Shown: piece after piece, positions 59,312 through 64,000 of the stretch
How the letters are laid out: the number at the start of each line of letters is the position of its first letter
Numbering within the stretch: position 1 is the stretch's first letter
Assembly: GCA_964514975.1 (NCBI GenBank)
Contig: CAZESS010000004.1
Span: forward strand, 46,459-110,458
Length of the DNA stretch: 64,000 bases
Reading direction: 5' to 3'
Source: an uncultured Thermoplasmatales archaeon
GTDB taxonomy: Archaea > Thermoplasmatota > E2 > UBA202 > DSCA01
The notes under the pieces: generated by a model
Database searches by the model: none
What the model saw: only the letters and a program-made list of their open reading frames with translations
Told to the model about the DNA's origin: nothing
Position numbers and translations under genes: made by a program

Positions 59312-59535
59312 GCGTGGAATGCACCTTTACCCTGGAATATGACAGCGCAGCAGAAGCACGGGCGATAGCGGCATCTCTGGAGCCGGACAGCCAGGGCTAC
59401 CTCGACATCGAGGTGAACGGCTCCACCGTGATCGCCGTGACACGGGCGAAAACGGTACCGTCGATGCTGCACACCATCAACGATTTTCTGTCCTGTCTCA
59501 GCGTCGCGGAGAAAATAGGGAAAGGATTAAAATAA
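59308..59535 (+). CDS. pcc1: KEOPS complex subunit Pcc1
   Basis: Start 59308; A.AIAASLEPD...SMLHTINDFLSCLSVAE; 75 aa. Confidence 0.8.
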   Translation: MSVECTFTLEYDSAAEARAIAASLEPDSQGYLDIEVNGSTVIAVTRAKTVPSMLHTINDFLSCLSVAEKIGKGLK

Positions 59536-59553
59536 ACAGGCTGCTATGCGGCT

Positions 59554-61062
59554 ATGCATTTCGACCTCGAATGCACCTTTACGTTCAGCAAGCCCGTCGA
59601 ACAGCGCGATGACATCGAAGTGTTTCTCGCCGGCTTTGTAGCGGAGGCCAACGACGACCTTTTGCAGCGCGGTGCCCGGGACTGCGGTGCGGACATCACC
59701 GACTGGACGCTTTGCGAGGCAGCGGTAGACATGCGTATCGTGTCCACCGACAACGTCCGGAGCCATGAGGGCGCATTGCGCATCAAGAAGGCGCTGGCGC
59801 AGCAGCTCGGGCAACAATTCCATATTGGCGTCCGGGACCTCCTGCTGCAGCGCTACGTTGTCACCATGGAGCTCGACCCCTCGCCGGTGCATGACATCAA
59901 CATTCCCTTTGCAGAACTCAGCATCGAAGACGGAACGGCCCGCATGGTCATCAAAGAGCAGGATGAGGCGTTTCTCCGGAACAACTATGTCGACCGGATG
60001 GTCAACCGGGTGCAGGAAAAAGCATCGCTGCAGCACTATGAGGGCAAAAAGGAGTACTGGGAGCAGCTCTGGCGCTCCCCGGAAAAAGAGCCCATCTGGC
60101 GCCGCGACCCGTCGGGGGAGATGCAGGAACGCGGCTGGATAACCCTGGGGGAGACCAAAGGTAAGTGGTTCTATTATCCCCCTGCGGCAGCCGTCATGCG
60201 GGCCCTGGAGCGGCTCGCCATCGATGAAGTCGTGGCGCCGCTCGGCTTCCATGAGACCATCGAGCCGATGCACGTCTCGCTTGACACGTGGCTGTCCACC
60301 GGGCATCTGGAGGGCATGCCCCAGGAGATGTACTACACCTGCGAGCCCGCCACCCGGGACGCCGACAAATGGGAGCGCTTTGTCGACCTGGTCAATATCA
60401 CGCGGGAGGTGCCAACGGAGGAGCTCCAGCGGAACCTCAAAAACGTCAGGGCCGGCATCTGCTATGCGCAGTGCCCCAACATCTACGCGGCGATGACCGG
60501 CAAAACCGTCGCCGACGGCTCGCTGCCCATGTTGCTCTATGACCGATCGGTGCCCAGCAACCGGTACGAGTCGGGCGGCCGCCACGGCATCGAACGGGTC
60601 GACGAGTTCCACCGGATCGAGATCCTATACATCGGCACCCGCGACCAGTTGCTCGATTTGCGGGAACAACTCATGGAGCGCTACCGGCACGTGTTCAACG
60701 AGGTGCTCGACCTGGAATGGCGGATGGCCCGGGTGACCCCGTTCTACCTGCAGCAGGCCGGCATCCATGGCGAGGCATCGGAGGACCAGGGCACCATCGA
60801 CTTCGAGGTCTGGCTCCCATACCGCGGCGACCGCGGCGAGGAATGGCTGGAGATACAGAACATCTCCATCGTCGGCGACAAGTACACCGAGGCGTTCAAC
60901 ATCAAGGGACAAACATCTGATCTCTGGTCGGGATGCAGCGGCATCGGATTGGAGCGATGGATGGTCGCCTTCCTGTCCCAGAAGGGACTCCATCCCGACA
61001 AATGGCCGGAGGGCTTCCGCCGGTATCTGCCCGAGCTCCCCGACATGCCCGAGTTCCTCTGA
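59554..61062 (+). CDS. serS: Seryl-tRNA synthetase, methanogen-type (type 2)
   Basis: Alpha/beta N-terminal domain with G..F.IGVR, YAQCP, RYESGG.HGIERVDEFHRIE, WLEIQN, WSGCSGIGLERW (Cys/Glu/Cys Zn-ligand pattern). Confidence 0.9.
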   Translation: MHFDLECTFTFSKPVEQRDDIEVFLAGFVAEANDDLLQRGARDCGADITDWTLCEAAVDMRIVSTDNVRSHEGALRIKKALAQQLGQQFHIGVRDLLLQRYVVTMELDPSPVHDINIPFAELSIEDGTARMVIKEQDEAFLRNNYVDRMVNRVQEKASLQHYEGKKEYWEQLWRSPEKEPIWRRDPSGEMQERGWITLGETKGKWFYYPPAAAVMRALERLAIDEVVAPLGFHETIEPMHVSLDTWLSTGHLEGMPQEMYYTCEPATRDADKWERFVDLVNITREVPTEELQRNLKNVRAGICYAQCPNIYAAMTGKTVADGSLPMLLYDRSVPSNRYESGGRHGIERVDEFHRIEILYIGTRDQLLDLREQLMERYRHVFNEVLDLEWRMARVTPFYLQQAGIHGEASEDQGTIDFEVWLPYRGDRGEEWLEIQNISIVGDKYTEAFNIKGQTSDLWSGCSGIGLERWMVAFLSQKGLHPDKWPEGFRRYLPELPDMPEFL

Positions 61063-61107
61063 CCAACATTTAAATAACACCGCCATGTTATATCGGAGAA
61101 ATCGATT

Positions 61108-62094
61108 ATGCTGTGGATACTGGCCGGCATCATAGCCATTATTTTTCTCATCGGATGCTCCGCGTTTTTTTCCGGCTCCGAGATGGCCTTCGTCTCAGCC
61201 AGCCGCGCATCCATCCGCGATAAGGCCAACCGGGGCAACAGGCATGCGCAAACGCTTGAACGGCTGCTCGACACGCCCGACGAGGTGGTCAGCGCCATCG
61301 TGGTGGGCAACAACATAGTCAACATCTTCGCCTCGGTCATCGCCGGCTCGATAGCGACGGCGGTGTTCGGCGACATCGGCATCGGCATCGCCACCGCGGT
61401 CATGACCCTGCTCATCGTCATCTTCAGCGAGGTCACACCCAAAGCGTTCGGCATAAACAACGAAAAAATGGTGCTCCGCATCGCCACCGCCCTCCATTAC
61501 ATCACCAAGGTTTTTTATCCCATATCCGTCGGATTGACCGCCATCTCCAACAGAATAATCGGGCTCACCAGGGGGAAAGAGAAACGCAGCGCCGCCGTCA
61601 CCGAGGAGGAGATCCGGGCGATGCTCGAGCTCGGCGAAGAGGAGGGCACCATCAAGGGCGACGAAAAAGAAATGGTCAACGAAATCCTTGACTTCGACGA
61701 CACCATCGCCTGGGAGGTCCACGTCCCCCGGGAAGACATCGTGTTCCTGCACGAAAGCGACACCATCACCAAGCTGGTGAAAACCTCGATAGCCACGGGC
61801 TACTCCCGCTTCCCCGTCTACCGGGACACCATCGACGACATCGTCGGGCTCGTCCACGTCAAGGACACCCTGGACATCGATGATATGGACCGGAAGGTAA
61901 CAGACATCCTGCGGGACATCCTCAAGATACGGGCGGGCATGAAAGCCGACGACGTGCTCCGGGAAATGCAGCGCCGGAAGACCCATCTGGCCATCCTCCA
62001 GGCAAAGGACGGCGACACGCTGGGGCTCATCACGCTGGAAGACCTCATCGAGGAAGTATTCGGCGAAATCGCCGACGAGCACGACACAGCATGA
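61108..62094 (+). CDS. CNNM/DUF21-CBS (hemolysin/CorB-like) protein
   Basis: SAFFSGSEMAF, IVVGNNIVN, SEVTPK, YSRFPVY, GLITLEDLIEEVFGEI.DE.D. Confidence 0.9.
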   Translation: MLWILAGIIAIIFLIGCSAFFSGSEMAFVSASRASIRDKANRGNRHAQTLERLLDTPDEVVSAIVVGNNIVNIFASVIAGSIATAVFGDIGIGIATAVMTLLIVIFSEVTPKAFGINNEKMVLRIATALHYITKVFYPISVGLTAISNRIIGLTRGKEKRSAAVTEEEIRAMLELGEEEGTIKGDEKEMVNEILDFDDTIAWEVHVPREDIVFLHESDTITKLVKTSIATGYSRFPVYRDTIDDIVGLVHVKDTLDIDDMDRKVTDILRDILKIRAGMKADDVLREMQRRKTHLAILQAKDGDTLGLITLEDLIEEVFGEIADEHDTA

Positions 62095-62774
62095 ACATCG
62101 CAGCGTTGCTATCCGGCGGCAAGGATTCCCTCTATGCAGCCTATGTGGCGTCCATGTACGGCTGGGACATCACCCATGCGGTCACCATCCAGCCGCGCCG
62201 TCTTTCATGGATGTACCACACAGATAACATCCATCTCACCGGGGCCATCGCCGACGCGCTCGACCTGCCGCTCATCATCCGGGAGAGCAGAGCAGAAAAA
62301 GAACACGAGCTCACTGACCTCCATGATGCGCTCACCGGTCTTTCCGTTGATGGAGTGGTCAGCGGCGCCGTCGCCAGCGAATACCAGCGCACCCGTATCG
62401 AGCGGGTCTGCCATGCGCTGCATATCAAGTCGTTTACCCCGCTGTGGCACAAAAACGGCGAGGGGCTGCTCAGGGACATGGTGGCCGCGGGCTTCGACAT
62501 CGTCATCGTCGCCGTCGCGGCGGAGGGACTCGACGAGAGATGGCTCGGCCGTCATCTCACCCCGGAGGCGATAGACGACCTCGTCGCGTTGCACAGGAAA
62601 TATGGCATCCATGTCGCTGGGGAGGGCGGCGAATACGAAACCCTGGTGCTGGACTGCCCGCTGTACCGGCATCGCCTCGCCATCGAAAAAAGCGAGACAT
62701 CCTGGGACGGCAGCCGGGGAACACTGCATGTCAGCACCTTCATGGCTGCACCTGAAACAGAAACACAGAGATAA
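62091..62774 (+). CDS. Diphthine--ammonia ligase (Dph6) family
   Basis: LLSGGKDS, SWMYH, GAVASEYQ, PLW, GEGGEYETLVLDCP. Confidence 0.9.
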   Translation: MNIAALLSGGKDSLYAAYVASMYGWDITHAVTIQPRRLSWMYHTDNIHLTGAIADALDLPLIIRESRAEKEHELTDLHDALTGLSVDGVVSGAVASEYQRTRIERVCHALHIKSFTPLWHKNGEGLLRDMVAAGFDIVIVAVAAEGLDERWLGRHLTPEAIDDLVALHRKYGIHVAGEGGEYETLVLDCPLYRHRLAIEKSETSWDGSRGTLHVSTFMAAPETETQR

Positions 62775-63311
62775 CCACCGTGGCGCCGCTGCCCGGAACC
62801 GACGGTCGATGTGCTGCGCCTTCAGAGATAGTGTCTCCCCCTCGGAGGCATTCCAGATCTGCTATAGCTCCTATGTACCGGTCGATGAAAAAAAAGAGAT
62901 GCTTGCATCGTCAACTGAGGGAAAACAATATGGACCGGGGGCAGTATTTATACAGGAAGTAAAATCTCTCAATAAAACAGGGGGTTACACACAGATCGCC
63001 CGACACATGATATCACCAGATGTCCGGGCCTGATGAAAGAATGGGATGCAAAATAAGCGAAGTTGTTATTATTAGGTATGCATTCAGTGAGGAATTTGAG
63101 CATATTGGTAGTGGTGAACTCCGGCTCCGGAAGATATAACGAGGCTTAAACGGTATGAAGCTGCACAGCGGTGTAATGCAATGATGCACAGGCAGACGGA
63201 TGAAATTCTGCCTTTCCCTGGCCATTTATGGGTTCCGTCACATGCCTGCTCCTTTCTTCTAAAAGCGAGTGGTTCACTGTTGTACCTGCTTCAATTGTAA
63301 ATCTGCTAGGG

Positions 63312-63872
63312 CTAAGATGTGAGGAGGCCTCTTGCATCCAGGTCTTTTTGAAGCTGTATGACGGCTTGGGATGCCCGCTCGGGCTCTCGTGCACCCGTGC
63401 ATACCACGCGGCCGCTGCTGAACAGCAGCATCACCACACCCTCCTCGCTGCTCCCGCGGTAGACCAGCCCTGGGAATATCTCTGGCTCATATTCCACATT
63501 CTCTAGGCCTAACGCCAGGGCGGTGGCAGGTAAATCCAAGCGTCCCTGCAGATCTCCTGAAGCAACGATGTTTCGCACCTCGACATCAGGGATATCTATC
63601 ACCGGGATATCCGCCTCTCTGAGCATGTCCAGGAGCTTCCCTACTGCTTTCTGTATATCACTCTTGGTTTTTGCTCCTGTAATCACCATCTTGCCTGTGC
63701 TGAACAACAGGAATGCAACTTTCGGCTGCATAATGTGGAGCACCAGGCCAGGGAAGACCTTCGGCTGATACTTGGTATCCGAGAGTTCCCTCTCTAGTTC
63801 GGCCAGATCAAGACCTTCAGCAATCTTAGTAGAAGCCACAATGTTCTCCACGGTAACAGTCGCATCAGCCAT
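63312..63872 (-). CDS. tbp: TATA-box-binding protein (divergent, possible paralogue)
   Basis: Start 63872; two repeats of NIVAS...Y.P..FPGLV...LLFS.G..V.TGA. Confidence 0.92.
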   Translation of the reverse strand: MADATVTVENIVASTKIAEGLDLAELERELSDTKYQPKVFPGLVLHIMQPKVAFLLFSTGKMVITGAKTKSDIQKAVGKLLDMLREADIPVIDIPDVEVRNIVASGDLQGRLDLPATALALGLENVEYEPEIFPGLVYRGSSEEGVVMLLFSSGRVVCTGAREPERASQAVIQLQKDLDARGLLTS

Positions 63873-64000
63873 ACACAGGCATAGCGTGCCATGCCCATAA
63901 ATGTTTCCGTCGACCACCCACCCAGCTCACCAGAAAGGATACCATCATACACAGCTTTAAATAACATCGGACAATAGGAGACGTGGTGACACCGTGAACG

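Noticed and set aside
1-64000. CRISPR array, IS element or provirus
   Set aside because: No regularly spaced repeats, transposase, integrase or capsid genes seen; the repeats found are intragenic domain duplications.

Overview
Archaeal chromosomal segment, GC-rich (roughly 60% by eye), with many acidic proteins. The unsplit rpoB, N-terminally extended RpoA'', membrane LonB and rpoH-B-A'-A''-L30e-nusA order point most plausibly to Thermoplasmatota (inference, no phylogeny run). Housekeeping content: pyrH (partial), a 2-oxoacid:ferredoxin oxidoreductase operon with fused gamma-delta subunit, LonB, smc-scpA-scpB, thioredoxins, the RNA polymerase operon, TFB, TBP, ribH, pcc1, methanogen-type SerRS and Dph6. 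The main accessory feature is a ~16 kb minus-strand cell-surface cluster (6451-22539): an ~1860-aa type IV pilin-like/beta-helix adhesin, a beta-helix/PKD protein with a perfectly duplicated C-terminal module, an Fn3-repeat protein ending in a dockerin, a membrane-anchored two-cohesin scaffoldin and a second pilin-like protein. Together these suggest a cellulosome-type cohesin-dockerin assembly linked to pilins in an archaeon. Other notable items: tRNA-Lys(UUU) with a 33-nt BHB intron in the T-loop (59/60), tRNA-Trp with a C/D-guide intron, tandem helix-hairpin-helix domains fused to RpoA'', a convergent GNAT/51-aa peptide pair, an archaeal QueH homologue, an MNT-HEPN pair, and small or frameshifted genes missed by the ORF track. 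No CRISPR array, transposase or integrase was seen.
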